From NCBI GenBank assembly GCA_965153355.1, contig OZ231126.1:30814001-30878000 (forward strand): a stretch of DNA of 64,000 nucleotides. Direction: 5' to 3'. The position numbers and the translations under genes were made by a program. The notes below the pieces were generated by a model, which saw nothing but the letters and a program-made list of their open reading frames with translations, did not search any database and was not told the origin of the DNA. Shown here piece after piece: positions 40,692 to 53,427 of this stretch (positions are counted from its first letter, which is position 1; every line of letters starts with the position of its first letter). The stretch comes from Flaccisagitta enflata. Taxonomy: Eukaryota.

Positions 40692-40802
40692 ATCAGAAGA
40701 ACTGTCACGTGATCATCTTAGGATTACAATTGAACAGACTCAGTTCTCACTTTTAACGTGTGTAATGTTCTCGTGATCAATGATCGATATCTTCTTTCGC
40801 GT

Positions 40803-41237
40803 TTTTAGTCGCGGACACGCGACTCTACGCCTTGTCGTGTCGGTCGGTAGGTCGGTCTGATCGTCCGTCTGTCACATTTTTAGATGCGTCCGTCAGGAAC
40901 GCATCTCTCAAAGAGGGTCTGTCCGTCCGTCCGTCCGTCCGTTTGTCGGTCGGTTGGTCCGTCCATCACGCCTGTGCAAAAAACGCGTTTCTCGGCTGTT
41001 TTTGGCCACGGTGAGATCCTACACTGAAACAAATGATCAACCAACATGTTTTGAGAGTCTTTTCACCAGTCTGTTCGTCCATCTGTCTCTCCATACATAT
41101 GTCACATGATCAATACACGCTGAGACACAGCCCGGACGCATCGTTGCCCGGTCGGGCTTGTTAAATTCTGAGCGGTTTTCGCATCACTGCGTCTGCCCAA
41201 CCGTCCGCGACTGGATTGCAGTGTATCCGGCCTTGTT
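40803..41237 (+). mobile_element. HINE-like element with a second HINE (TAGATGCG family, about 40877-41162) nested in it
   Basis: Outer TTTTTAGTCGCGGACACGCGAC...GTGTATCCGGCCTTGTT (uninterrupted version at 31645-31787); inner TTTTTAGATGCGTCC...GTCGGGCTTGTT. Confidence 0.75.
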
Positions 41238-42123
41238 ACTTGTGAGGCCTCGAATGTCTTTAGATGAAGCATCATTCGGCCGGTCTGTTCGTCCGTCCAT
41301 CACGCATTCATGAAACCGCGGTAGTGATTATTCTAAAATTTCAACGTACTCAAATTCCTTTATTCAATTATTCATTCAATTATTCGTTCATTGATTAATT
41401 CGTTTATTCATTTATTCATTTAGTTTTGCTTTCAGCGACGCACACAACGTCGTTTTAACATGACTTTAAATGACTATCTGAACTCCCAGATACACCGCTT
41501 TCAGATCGAAATGTCGCAAAAAGAAGATATATTACTCCTAAAATACTTAAGACAACTACTTGATCTTTTTGTCTTAGTAATAATTAAGTTTGTTCAAAAA
41601 GATTAAACCGTGTTTATATTTCTAAATTTCATGACAAAAATTAGTCAAACAGCCAAAAATGGCCTTTTTTTCATGGAAAACAAGGTGGTTAGCACAGCTT
41701 GTTTCGCTTTAAACAGTGTTGTAATGAGAAAAGATTTAAATTTAAAAGATTTTTGACCTAATGATTGAATGACATGGAAAATTGAAAAACCTCAAGTTTG
41801 GGACAAAAATAACTGCAAATTGTTCAAAATTGATATCAGTGAAAAACAAAAGATTAATGACACTAGACCGACCGATTCAGACAATTTGTTAGAAATGCTT
41901 GAAAAACCTGAAAGGAAAAAGAAAAGAATGTGAAAAAAAAAGAAGTACAACGAATAAATCATTTTAGGTCAGAAATTTGTTTGCTAAGTACAGAAAGTTT
42001 CTTTGATTGTAGATTATAAAATAATCTCTTATCTTGGCTATTACTGAATAGTTTTTGAGTAATATATCTTTTTTCGTGTGAAAGCGATCTGTAACCCCTA
42101 AATGCCATCTGTCCGTCTGTGTG

Positions 42124-42160
<37 letters not shown>

Positions 42161-43589
42161 TGTGTGTGTCGTCTGTCTGTCTGTGTCTGTCTGTGTGTGT
42201 GTGTCCGTGTGTGTGTCTGTGTGTCCGTGTGTCGTGAGCATGCTACGCGGGAGTTTGTCCTCCTTGTCCTCCACTTCGACGTACCACTCGCAAACTTGTT
42301 GGGCCAATTCCACTTGACTACCACTCTAGTCTACACCCCAACCACCTGTTTCCAACCACTTAGCCACTCATTGTTGTTTCACTTAACCACTCATTGGCCA
42401 CCCCTACAGCACGGTACCATCAACTGACCATCGCTTGACCACCATTCTAGTATTGCTAGACCACCGCATGGTTGCATGAGCATCATTCTAGAACACATCA
42501 TCATTCTAGAACACATCTACTGTAGATTCTACAGTCATCTCCACCAATCTGTAGTCAGCTGTCACGACGCACGGATTACGTTGCATCTTTAACCAAGCAG
42601 TTTTTCTTGATTTTTTCCCTGCATAAGAATTTGAGATACTACCATCTCATCCCATGGGGCAACCTTTGGCCTTGCTTATTCAACGTGTTTTTTTATTTTT
42701 CTTATCTCTTTAAATCCTTCTTTTCCACATTTCTTTCTCATCATTCCTTTTTCTTGATTTTCTCAGCCTTTTTTTGTTTTGATATTTCTTTTTTACTTCC
42801 TCCTTTGAGTCTTTCCTTATTTTTGTTTCTTCATCTCGCCCTTCCGCTTTTCTTTTATTTTCCGCTTTTCTTTTTTAGATGCGTCCTCGCATCTCTATAA
42901 TGGGCTGTGTCCATTGGTTAGTTGTTTGGTTGGTCGGTCAGTTGGTTGGTCACGTGTTCAATAAAAACATCAAAATCATGCAAGTTTTAACCCAATAAAA
43001 GTAGCAAACATTTAGTAATTCATTCATTAAGTTGTTCATTTATTCTTAATGATGTTCATTCATAAAAAACATTCATTCATAAAAACATTCATTTTTAAAA
43101 AACCTTCCAACAAAGAGGACGCATCGTTGGCCTACATGGCCTTGTTTCTTCTTTTTTTTTCTCACCCACGTTATTCCTATAAATCCTCTCTGTTTTAGTC
43201 TCATTAAACCTTAGTCACCATAGCTAGAAGCTGAATCGGTCTGTTGCTTTGTCGTTTGTCACGTAGGCCAAGTATTAAGTGAGACTACCTTATATGATCA
43301 GGATTGGCAATGTGTTTTTCAAAGCCAAAGACTTGTAATGCATTTTAACCACGAACAGAAAGCAGTTCGCGCAAATGAACCCCACGCATCGCTGTCCACG
43401 GGGTTACATGTGCGATATATGGCCATTGGCCCCACACATGTCGTTCTTGTTTTCCTTCTCCCTTTTCCTTTTATTTTCTTTTTCTTTTTCTTCTTTCTTT
43501 TTATTTATCCAGAAAATACTTAAATCCCTTTGGATACACTCAAGAAATGTGGATGTTCCTACGAAGCCACGTGTCAAGAGGATACCAAG

Positions 43590-44100
43590 ATCATTGGACA
43601 CATTGACCACATTACATCACATCTACCACATTGGCTACATTGACCACATTTACCACATTTGCCATATTGACCACATTTCACCACATTTATCACATTTATC
43701 ACATTTACCACATTGGCCACATTACATCACATTTACCACATTGGCCACATTGACCGCATTTTCCACATTCGCCATATTGACCATATTTCATCACATTTAT
43801 CACTTTTACCACATTGGCCACATTGGCCACATTGACCACATTTACCACATTCGCCATATTGACCACATTTCACCACCTTGACCACATTTACCACATTGGC
43901 ACATTGACCACATTTACCACTTTGACCACATTTACCACTTTGACCACATTGACCACATTTCCCCCCATTTACCACTTTGACCACATTAACCACATTTCAC
44001 CCCATTTACCACATTGGCCACATTGACTACATTGGCCACATTTACCACTTTGACCACATTTACCACATTGGTCACATTGACCACATTGCCCATTTTTCCA
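43590..44100 (+). repeat. Degenerate 9-bp minisatellite (TGACCACAT/TTACCACAT)
   Basis: Direct inspection. Confidence 0.9.
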
Positions 44101-44710
44101 CACTTTCAATCGATTCAGTTGATTCAATTCTTTAGCCAACCTGTGCAGTTGTTTTTTTTTAAACGGGCGAAGTATGAATCACATCTTGACATTTTTTTAA
44201 TTGAATGAAAGGCACTTTTTAGTCGCTTTCAAAGCGACTCTTTCCGAGATTAGTCCGTTGGTTCGTCCGTAGGTAATGCGATTTTTTGGACGACATGAAA
44301 CTTGCAAAAAAAAAGGTTTGTGAGCATTACCACTGCCTCTGCTCTGCCTCAAGTGACCACTTGTTGATTGTGTTGACGAGCTTGTTGGCTCTTGGGTCCA
44401 ATCATTTTGATACGACCCTTTTCAATGGAACTGGAAGGGTTCGTCGGTCGGTTTGATTTTGACAAAAATTATAACAGTTAATTATCCTTAGGAATCAACT
44501 TTACTGAAAGTATAAGTTTTTAGATGCGTCCTCGCATCTCTATAAGAGGGTGTGTCCCTTGGTCTGTCTGTCTGGATGTCCGTCACGAGAAAATTTCAAA
44601 ACGCGATTTTTAAGGTTTTCTCTTCATTTTTCTTCATGTATCTTCTTGTCTCTTATACTTCATTTGTCTCTTTCGTCTCTTTCATCTCTTTCGTCTCTTT
44701 TGTCTCCTTT

Positions 44711-45222
44711 TTGGGCAGCGGCCCCAAAGGGCTGATGTCCTGTAGGACACAGGGGGGAATTTCCAGACGTCCGTACGTCCTTCCGTCCTTCCGTCCTTCC
44801 GTCCGTCCCCCCCCCCCGGTTGGCCATCGAGGCCTCATATCCTCACTCTCAGGCCTGATTCAGGCCCTCTAAGCCCTCAAATTAGCTCTCCAGGCCTCAA
44901 ATCAGCTCTCAAGGCATCAAATCAGCTCTCCAGGCCTCAAATCAGCTCTCAAGGCATCAAATCAGCCCTCCAGGCCTCAAATCTGCCCCCCGACCTCAAA
45001 TCTAATCCTCAGGCATAAATCTTCCCCCAGACCTCAAGCCCCGCCTCAATTACCTCTTAGGCCTGCTATATTCCCCCTCAGGACGTCTGGAAATTCCCCC
45101 TGTGTCCTACAGGACATCGGCCCTTTGGGGCCGCTGCCCTGCTCTCACTCCACTACTTCACTTGGTCACCCCAAGCAGGGCATCGGGTACCGCTGACCAT
45201 GTGCGATCCTTGGATGACTAGT
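44711..45222 (+). mobile_element. HINE-like element with about 60-bp subterminal IR, inserted in a TGTCTCTTA array
   Basis: GGGCAGCGGCCCCAAAGGGCTGATGTCCTGTAGGACACAGGGGG..TTCCAGACGTCC is inverted at about 45081-45139, followed by an about 80-bp tail; reverse copy at 47810-48332. Confidence 0.85.
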
Positions 45223-45530
45223 TGTCTCTTTTGTCTCCTATGTCTCTTTTGTCTCCTATATGTCTCTTATGTCTCCTATATGTCTCTTATGTCTCTTATT
45301 TCTCTTATGTAACTTATGTCTCTTATGTCTCTTATGTCTCTTATGTCTCTTTTGTCTCCTATATGTCTCCTATATGTCTCTTATGTCTCCTATGTCTCCT
45401 ATATGTCTCATATGTCTCTTATGTCTCTCATATCTCTTATGTCTCTTATGTCTCTTATGTCTCTTATGTCTCTTAGGTCTCTTATGTCTCTTATGTCTCT
45501 TATGTCTCTCATGTCTCTTCATGTCTCTAT
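45222..45530 (+). repeat. 9-bp minisatellite TGTCTCTTA
   Basis: Direct inspection. Confidence 0.95.
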
Positions 45531-45845
45531 ACAGCTGGCGGACCTTAAATCCGTTGGAATTAGCAGGGCCCCTCTTGATTTTGTTGATTTCAACAGTTTC
45601 AACAGGATATTCACTATAGTTTACATAGTAAGAAATATATATTACAATTTTACTCAAATTACGTCATCTACAATTTTTTTCATTTTCTGCCCATTAAGGG
45701 CCCTAAGTGAGCCGACTTTGGTGGAACATTAATCTCAGATACTCCCCGCCCCTAAGGGGCCCAAAATTGGGGCATAGAATATTTTACGTTAAATCCGTTG
45801 ATTTTAGCGGGGGTAGGATCACTTTTTGTATGACCATGGTAAAAC

Positions 45846-46570
45846 TGCTGATTTTAACGGGTTTAACACCAAAATCCCTTTTTTGGCCCTCCACATGCTA
45901 ATTAGACATCATAAGACCCTCTTCAGTAAGAAAAAAGAGCAAGTGAGCACACATGAGCAGGCATGAGCAAGCTTGAGCAAGAATGCTAAATCCGCTGATT
46001 TTAACAGGTTTAACTTCAAAATCCCCTATTTTGGTCCTCCTCATGCTCATTTAACAACATAAGACCCTCTCTGGTGACAATAAAGAGCAAGTGAGCACAC
46101 ATGAGCAAGCATGAGCAAGCATGAGCAAGAATGCTAATCCCGCTGATTTTAACAGGTTTAACATAAAAGTCCCCTATTTTGGCCCTCCACATGCTTATTA
46201 AACATCATGAGACCCTCTATGGTGACAAACAAGGCCGGATACACGGCTACCCAAGTCATGTGTGGGTGGGCAGGGGCCATATTTGAGGCCACTCTATCAT
46301 TTGGGCAGGAGCAGTGACGCCAAAGATCGCCAAAACCCCAAAAAAGTAAAGTGTGACGGACCAACGGGCCAACAGATTGACGGACCAATGGACCGACAAA
46401 GCCGGTTGTAGAGTCGCGTAGCACGCGACTAAAAAGAGTAATTAAGCACACATAAGCAAGCATGAGGAAGAATGCTAAATCCGCTGATTCTAACAGGTTT
46501 AACATCAAAATCCCCTATTTTGGTCCTCCACATGCTTTCCTGACATCATGATACCCTCTATGGTGACAAT
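45846..46570 (+). repeat. About 147-bp tandem repeat (4-5 units) interrupted by a reverse HINE at 46228-46435
   Basis: GCTGATTTTAACAGGTTTAAC recurs near 45847, 45994, 46142, 46483. Confidence 0.85.
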
Positions 46571-46656
46571 CAGACCTCTGGGGCAGCGGGCAGCGCCGCT
46601 TATTGGCAGGCTTAAGAGGATCTTGGCAGGTCTTGGCAGAGGACAAAGAAGAAGTA

Positions 46657-47780
46657 CAGTGGTAACTCGATTTAACGACCCTGAAGGGACTGAGGATTTT
46701 TGGTCGTTAAATTGGAATGTTGTTAAATCGAATTTCTCATTTTCCTCAATAACTTGATTTAACCAGCTTCATAATAAGGCAATTCAGGCCAACATCAGTG
46801 CCAAATCGATTCTTATTGTCATTATTCAAGCCTTTGTATTAATAGCTGACAAACATGTTGAAAAAAGGACAGACAGAGCTTCAGAAAAATAGAAAGAGAG
46901 ACATACACAAATTGACATACGAAAAGATAAATGTTGCCTAATAAAGACTCACAATCATGGACGTAGGGGACGCCACGTCCACCACGTCCATGGACGTGGT
47001 AAAAGTCGGTCTTGAAAACCAAGTCGGACTTGAATAAGGAATGATTCAAGATTGAAAAATTTAAAATTTCATTGAAAAACAGTTCAAAAGAGAAAAATTT
47101 AGCTAAGTTTGTTTGAAATATCATGAAAAAAAGCCTCAAAATGAAAGATTTTCATTCATAAGTGATGCAAAAAGTAAAAAAATAAAAATTTTTTTTTAAA
47201 TTTCCCCTTGTATGTAAGTCGGCCTTGATTCTGACTCGGTCTTGAAATCCTTAGTGGACGTGGCTAACTTCAGAGCTCCCCTACGTCCATGCTCACAATG
47301 CTATGCACAAATATAAGATATCATAAATCATTTGTAGGATATAAAATAATACTGAAAAAGAAGTTGATTTGGATTGACATTTTCTTGATAAAAAACCTTA
47401 TGAATAACATCTGACTTTTTTTGTTATAATTTTTTTTGTCAAATTTTTCAGCTGTTATCTTAGTCACGTTTGATTTAAAAGTCTTAATTTATATCAAAAT
47501 TTTCAAATCAAATTTAGAAAATATCAAAGCTTGAATGAAAATTTAAAGTTGAAAAAGAATTATCATATAAGTTAAAATGTCAAAGTCACTAAATCAGGGA
47601 AAAAAATTTCAAGGGACCTGAAAATAGTGACTTTAAATCAGGTTTGGCTGTTATATCAGGTGTCGTTAAATCAGGTAAAATTAACATTGCAAAGGCCTGC
47701 AAAAATTTGGGACCAGAGAAACTTGGATGTTAAATCCGAAATGTCGTTAAATCAGGTGACGAAAAGGTGGTAGTCCACTG
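46657..47780. mobile_element. pogo/Tigger-like non-autonomous element
   Basis: TA|CAGTGG...CCACTG|TA with repeated GTTAAATC subterminal motifs. Confidence 0.7.
46956..47291. mobile_element. 336-bp hAT-like MITE nested in 46657-47780
   Basis: TIR CATGGACGTAGGGGA / TCCCCTACGTCCATG; 8-bp TSD CTCACAAT. Confidence 0.92.
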
Positions 47781-47809
47781 TATAAGAAGAAGAGGAAGAA
47801 GAAGAGGAT

Positions 47810-48332
47810 CTAGTCATCCAAGGATCGCACATGGTCAGTGGTACCTGATGCCCTGCTGGGAGTTATCCAGTGATGAAGTGGAGTGAAAGCAGGGCAGCAG
47901 CCCCAAAGGGGCGATGTCCTGTAGAACACAAGGGGGAAATTTCCAGATGTCCTGAGGGGGCATAATTCAGGCCTCAGATGACTAATTTAGGCCACATAAG
48001 GCATTTTGAAGGCTTGAGGGCAGAATTAAGGCTTGGAGAGCAGATTTGAGGTTTTGAGGGCAAATTTGAGCCACAAAGGGCTGGTTTGATACTAAAGAGG
48101 CTAATTGAAGGTCTGGAGGGCATATTTGAGGCTGATGGGGCTGTTTATAATCCTGGAAGGCCGATTTGAGGCCTAGAAGGCTGATTTGAGGCCTCGAAGG
48201 TTAAATTGAGGGCTGGGAGGGCAAATTTGAGGTCTTGATTGCCAATGGGGGGGGACAGATGGATGGAAGGACGGAAGGACGGACGGAAGGACGGATGAAA
48301 GGACGGACGGACGTCTGGAAATTCCCCCCGCA
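47810..48332 (-). mobile_element. Reverse copy of the 44711-45222 family
   Basis: CTAGTCATCCAAGGATCGCACATGGTCAG...GGACGTCTGGAAATTCCCCC. Confidence 0.85.
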
Positions 48333-48527
48333 TCATGTCCCTAAACTAACTGTAAAAAACCAGTTTTCATTCAAGGGATGGGGGCGTCCAGTGTTTGTAG
48401 CTCAGACTAAATGACTTTTGATGGCATGCCGGTGTTGGATTAGAGGTTATTGCATATATTGGGGGCTCAATGATGAATCTTGTCGGCTGCAAAGTCGAGA
48501 CAGCGTCTAATGTAAGCTAAAACAGAC

Positions 48528-48771
48528 CTGTGGTAATACTGTTTTGACTTGTTCCACCATGATCTCAATAGTAGCATCGCCGGACGCCATTTGTGCGTCC
48601 CGGCCTCTCCCTGCGCCGTTGTTGAGGTGTTGTCGACGTCTTCCTTGAGCGGCGGCGACGAATGGAAAGGCGTTGCCGTTACCGTCTCCTCCTCCTCCCC
48701 CATGATGACCGTCTTCGCCGCGGAAAATGTCGCGCATGCGTCGCTTTATGTATTCCTGACGATCTATGAAG
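48528..48771 (-). CDS. AUP1: AUP1-like exon 7 (linker and first half of CUE domain)
   Basis: TTCAG|(N)FIDRQEYIKRRMR...DATIEIMVEQVKTVLPQ|GT resembles AUP1 ADKAEHMKR and DVQLATLAQRVKEVLPH; phases 2-0. Confidence 0.85.
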
Positions 48772-48915
48772 CTGAACGACGCAAAATGATAGAATACGGT
48801 GAAGTTTCAAAAGAAGGATGGGAAACAGGGAATGTTTGGACGGAGTGGTGAATCATCTCTGATGATGGTGGAGACTTGAGAGAAGGAAAACAGGGTACGT
48901 GAAGTTGAACAAGAC

Positions 48916-48946
<31 letters not shown>

Positions 48947-49086
48947 CATACATACATACATACATACATACATACATACATACATACATACATACGTACA
49001 GAATATGCCAACCCGGCAGACGGAAGACAAAGACCAATAGACATATGGACGAAATAACAGAGAGACGCAGAGACGCAGTTACTCAC

Positions 49087-49221
49087 TTGTGAGTAAGAGG
49101 AGGCACTTTAAGATTTTTGGCGATGGCAGTTTGAGCTCTGAGGGCAAAGTCTTTGGGCATTTCTTTGGGCTTTGGGGCAATATCATGCTGCGCTTGGACG
49201 ATGAATACGTTGATAGGACAC
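49087..49221 (-). CDS. AUP1: AUP1-like exon 6
   Basis: CCAG|(W)CPINVFIVQ...EMPKDFALRAQTAIAKNL..TH|GTGAGT resembles EANEEFALRVQQLVAKEL; phases 2-2. Confidence 0.9.
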
Positions 49222-49561
49222 CTGGAGAAAGCAGCGATTAATCAATTGGGCAGTGATATCCAGTCAACCCTCAAAATCTTTTGCGGCAAATATAAGACTT
49301 CCAAGGGCGTTGTCAAGCATGACTGTAGCTTAATATTACACAAACACATGCAAACGACCAAAAGCACACAAATGCACGCACAGAACATATGTACGTACAT
49401 GTTTAGGAAAGACTGATTTATCACAAAATTTAATTTATTGATAAAATAAACAAAACAAAAAACAACCGCAAAAAAAAACAAAAAACAAAAAACAGAGCCA
49501 CTCAGAACACAGACCCATGTGCACTAAATACAGACACACAGTGACGGAAGAGTGCACTTAC

Positions 49562-49685
49562 CAGAGCAACCAGAAGAAGTCGGAGAGCGGCGAGCTGTCG
49601 ATGGTAGAGAAAGGAAAGTCGATAGGATATCTACGAAAACGGATCGCCAAAGGATGCACCGGAACCAATGCAAAATCTGATGAAT
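49562..49685 (-). CDS. AUP1: AUP1-like exon 5
   Basis: CACAG|...VPVHPLAIRFRRYPIDFPFSTIDSSPLSDFFWLL|GTAAGT resembles VQPLTLQVQRPLVSVTVSDASWVSELLWSL; phases 1-2. Confidence 0.88.
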
Positions 49686-49875
49686 CTGTGAGATGAGATG
49701 AGATGATTAAGTGAAGTGCATGACCAGATAATAAAATGACCATTGCCATTAGACTTATCGGAACCACGCGCTGGCGGAGATAAAAACAAAGAACTTAAAA
49801 ACGGGACAGCCTGGGCTATTGTGAAAAAATAATGAAAACATTTACATATTTTTATCTCGAGAGGTAGGACCTCAA

Positions 49876-50769
49876 ACTCGCTTATCATCAGACCCACTTT
49901 CACTTGAAACGAAACCTGCACGTCTCGATCTAAGGAAACATTTTTTCTCCGTTCGCATCCCCACTATCTGGAATGCCCTTCCTCTCACAATTCGCCAATC
50001 AACCTCCGTTAATCAATTCAAAGCTCTGTATGACAAATTCCAAAAAAATCAATCTGCCTGAAAAAAGAAAAAGAAATGAAAAATTGTAACAACGTCAGAT
50101 TTTGCATACCGTGCCAAGTGTTGGCAGCTGTCATCATTTGGCACTGGTGGCATAGTGTCAGTTTAACCTAACTGTGCTTTGTCATCCTCTCGGCAGGTAT
50201 TGGTTTCACCTAACCATATCTCGCCTACCCTTCTTTTTTTCACTCGTCTACAACCAATCTCAAAAATATTAATCAACAAGAGACATCAAGACGTGCCCGA
50301 TTTTCTCGGAATGACGGCCATATGTCTTTCAAGCAAGAAAAATTTGTTTATGGGTTCACAAATCTTTATGACATTTTCTTGGAGACTAAACATGGACAAA
50401 ATTTGTCTTGGGGAGACCGATTAGCGACCTCCAAATTCCACGGCCCAAAGTGCTGCACAATCAACAAGCTACCAACAAGTCAACAAGCTACCAGGCAGGC
50501 ATAACAGTCCGGGGATTCACTGAAGACAACTGGCACTCCAAACTCAGCGGCCTGTTCCTTTCAGGCTGTTGTCGGTATGTATTGGGAGACTCTGTAAAGA
50601 AATGAAAATCGCATACAACCAGTGTGCCCGCTTGGCTCGCTTTGCTGCTTGGTTCTCAACTTTTACGCACAGAAAAAAAAGGCAAAGAAAAGAGCGAGAC
50701 CGGTTCATTTGTAAAGATAAAGTAAAGATAAAGTAAAGTAAAGTAAAGATAAAGTAAAGATAAAGTAAA
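49876..50769 (+). mobile_element. 5'-truncated CR1/L2-clade LINE (ORF2 C-terminus 49876-50061 plus putative 3' UTR and TAAAG-type tail), antisense in an AUP1 intron
   Basis: RLDLRKHFFSVRIPTIWNALPLTIRQSTSVNQFKALYD* matches the FFxxR...WNxLP...FKxxLD end of CR1/L2 ORF2; tandem tail at 50711-50769 (extent inferred). Confidence 0.75.
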
Positions 50770-51236
50770 GACCAGTGGCATCGGCCACAACGTTGATCAC
50801 GATAATTAGACAAAGTAAAGCTCAAGATCTACAAAGACTGCAGCCATAGATGTCGTGGGAGTAGGGCTGCTAATGGCCATTTTTTCCAAGGCATCAACCT
50901 GGAATTCTGAACATACCATGCCTCCACTTTGAAAATTGAAACAACAACAACAACAACAACAATAACAACAACAACAACAGAAAAAATGACAACAGTAACA
51001 ATAACCCTCCATGGAGACTATTTGTATATACGGCATTCAATCAACCAGTGGACAATTGTGAACTCAAGAAACAGTATCTAAAATTACTTTTTAAAGTCAT
51101 TTGAAATTGTCATTTTTCGTTATACCGCATCTATCAGTATTTGAAACCTTCTTCCAACATTTTTCCGACGGAACAGCTATCATCTCGAAGAGCAAGTCGT
51201 AAAAAGCTTGCTTCCTTTGATAGCTTAAATTTTATA

Positions 51237-51561
51237 CAGGGATGTATATAGTTCTATGATCTTTGATTACTTTCCCCCCCCCCTGCCTTTGATTTTCTTC
51301 CCCGCAATGCGACGCGTCGCGTTAAAAAATTATGATTTTCCTCCCCATATAGCAGTAAAACTGTGTTTTTAAGGTATAAATGGTGTTAAATTGTGTTTTA
51401 CCAATCAGTTTTTATAATTTGGTACTGCCAAAAGTTTTATTTTCCCCAAATTTTCTTTTTTTCTCTTTTTCCCCCCTTGCATTTCTGTCCCTATCTCCAA
51501 ACCCTTTGATTATTTTCCCCCCCCCACCAGGGGGGGGAATGTAGAACAATATACAGGCCTG
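51237..51561. mobile_element. 325-bp hAT-like MITE
   Basis: CAGGGATGTATAT...ATATACAGGCCTG with 8-bp TSD ATTTTATA. Confidence 0.85.
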
Positions 51562-51695
51562 ATTTTATATTATATTATATTATTATATCTATGACGAAGA
51601 CGAGAGAGAACCAGGTCAATGATGTCAGAGATCACATGGATTTTAGATACTTGAGGATGTTCAAAAATGTTTCAGTTTGCTTAAACATATAGTAC

Positions 51696-51848
51696 CTTCG
51701 GGGACATTTCTGTGTACTTCCTCTTCAGAGGTCAACATCGTGGAAGTCTTGACAGACATCGCCGCCTTTCGGCAACAGACGAGTTTCTCTTCAAAACTGA
51801 CTACGGCTTTTCCATTGGTAGACGTCATCTCCGGGAAAACCAACAACC
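51696..51848 (-). CDS. AUP1: AUP1-like exon 4
   Basis: TTCAG|(G)LLVFPEMTSTNGKAVVSF resembles LLLFPEEEATNGREGLLRF (acyltransferase FPEG block); phases 1-1. Confidence 0.9.
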
Positions 51849-52420
51849 CTGAAGCAGAAACATTCGCCCAAAGATCAGTTTCGTACACAACCAATGATAT
51901 TACAGTGAGAGGGGCAGTCAAAATCGCTAGCAACCCTACCTGCAGCCGAAATGGTTTCTACCACACGGACAATAAAGGTGGTGCCCAACAACTTGTCCCA
52001 ATTCAATTCCCGCCATCGAGGCGATTTTGTATTTACATCCTAGTTATCAAGATACGGCCCTTTTTAGGGTAAAAATCAGCCATTTTCTGAGGTGCTGATT
52101 TAGCTAGTTTATGACTGATATCCTCAGAACGAGGAGGAAATTTGAAAAACGCCTCGATGGCGGGAATAGTATTGGGATAAGCTGAAAGCCAGTACCTCAG
52201 TTGTCTCTGTAATATTGTCCATCCAGGCTGTAGGTAGGGTTGCTGGCGATTTTGCTGCCTCTCTCACTATATTATCATTGAGACTGTAGTTCATACTTGT
52301 ATCAAAGATAACACATCTACTGTGCTGCACGTTAGATCGACTATATGAACGTTCATCAAACCTCCTGTTGTCCGATAGATATTCAGTATTTCGGGTCACA
52401 AATTCACGCCAACTTTAAAC

Positions 52421-52474
52421 CTGTTTTTCCAGCGTCCGCTGCATCATCAAGACTCAATTCTAGCGCTGTCGCCG
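52421..52474 (-). CDS. AUP1: AUP1-like exon 3 (54 nt)
   Basis: CTTTTACAG|(A)ATALELSLDDAADAGKT|GT; phase 1-1 compatible, not conserved in sequence. Confidence 0.6.
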
Positions 52475-52692
52475 CTGTAAAAGGAGAACGTTAAGATTTT
52501 AGAGAAACATTCACACACAGTGTTAGATAAGATCATATCAGAAAATGGGTTTGTCGGTCCATAGGTATCCGTTAATCTGTCTGCCTCTTCCTAGAGTTTT
52601 TTCCAAAAAGACTTCAAATCACACAAAAAGCTCGATCTGAGTGACTGAGCCTTCCGTGACTCTCTCACTGGCTCATTTACATAATGCCGTAC

Positions 52693-53231
52693 CTCCGCTG
52701 AGTCCAACGCCACCGCTTCCCGCCGTCGGTCGTCGACGCATCGATCGATATCCAAAAAGCCAACTCAACAACGGATGCAGTCTCAGAGTGTTGCCCACTT
52801 CGAGTCTTTCGCGGATGAGAGAGATCATAGCGCCATCAAGTGGAGTCAACGAGTTGGCGACGAATAGTTTGAAGGATGAGGAGGAGAGTGAGGAAGAGGA
52901 TGGGGAGGAAGAGGAAGGGGCGGTATCCTCATTGTCAGTCTGAGTCTCTTTTGTGGTAATTATCGCTTCCGTCGCAGTTTCATCGCTCTCGCTTTGATCG
53001 TTATCGTCATTCAATGGCGATTTGTTGAGATGATGACGACGAAGGTGACGTCGATTTTGTGGACCAAGATGACCAGCGGGAGGAGGAAGAGGGAGAGGAG
53101 GAGTGATTTCTTCCTGTACCCAAATCCCGAGTAAATATGAGCACATCGTTCTCAGGAGGTAATTGCGGAACCGACCACATGGCAACGGCCACAAAGTGGA
53201 GAAGAGCAAGATCTGGAAGGCTAGTAATAAC
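52693..53231 (-). CDS. AUP1: AUP1-like exon 2
   Basis: CCCCAG|(R)LLLAFQILLFSTLWP...FRNYLLRTMCSYLLG..QEE...LFVANSLTPLD resembles LRRFVVRTMCAVLGLVARQE and VLISNHVTPFD; phases 2-1. Confidence 0.88.
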
Positions 53232-53427
53232 CTGGGGAGGATCGAGAGAGAAAAGGAGGCTTTTGAAATGCTGAGTATAATGTACAATACTGACATACAA
53301 CATGAACGCGGGGTTTATCAGATGATTACGTTTACGCAAGCTTGACTTTCTTTCGCCTTTACATCATACGTACTTAAGGAGGTTAATCAGCACTCAGCAG
53401 CAGACCAAGCTAACCTTTTCCTTTTAA

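Noticed and set aside
43375-44208. His-rich or CGQCGK metallothionein-like ORFs
   Set aside because: Arise from a 9-bp minisatellite open in several frames on both strands.
45222-45732. MSL/CLL/HKR repeat ORFs
   Set aside because: 9-bp TGTCTCTTA minisatellite.
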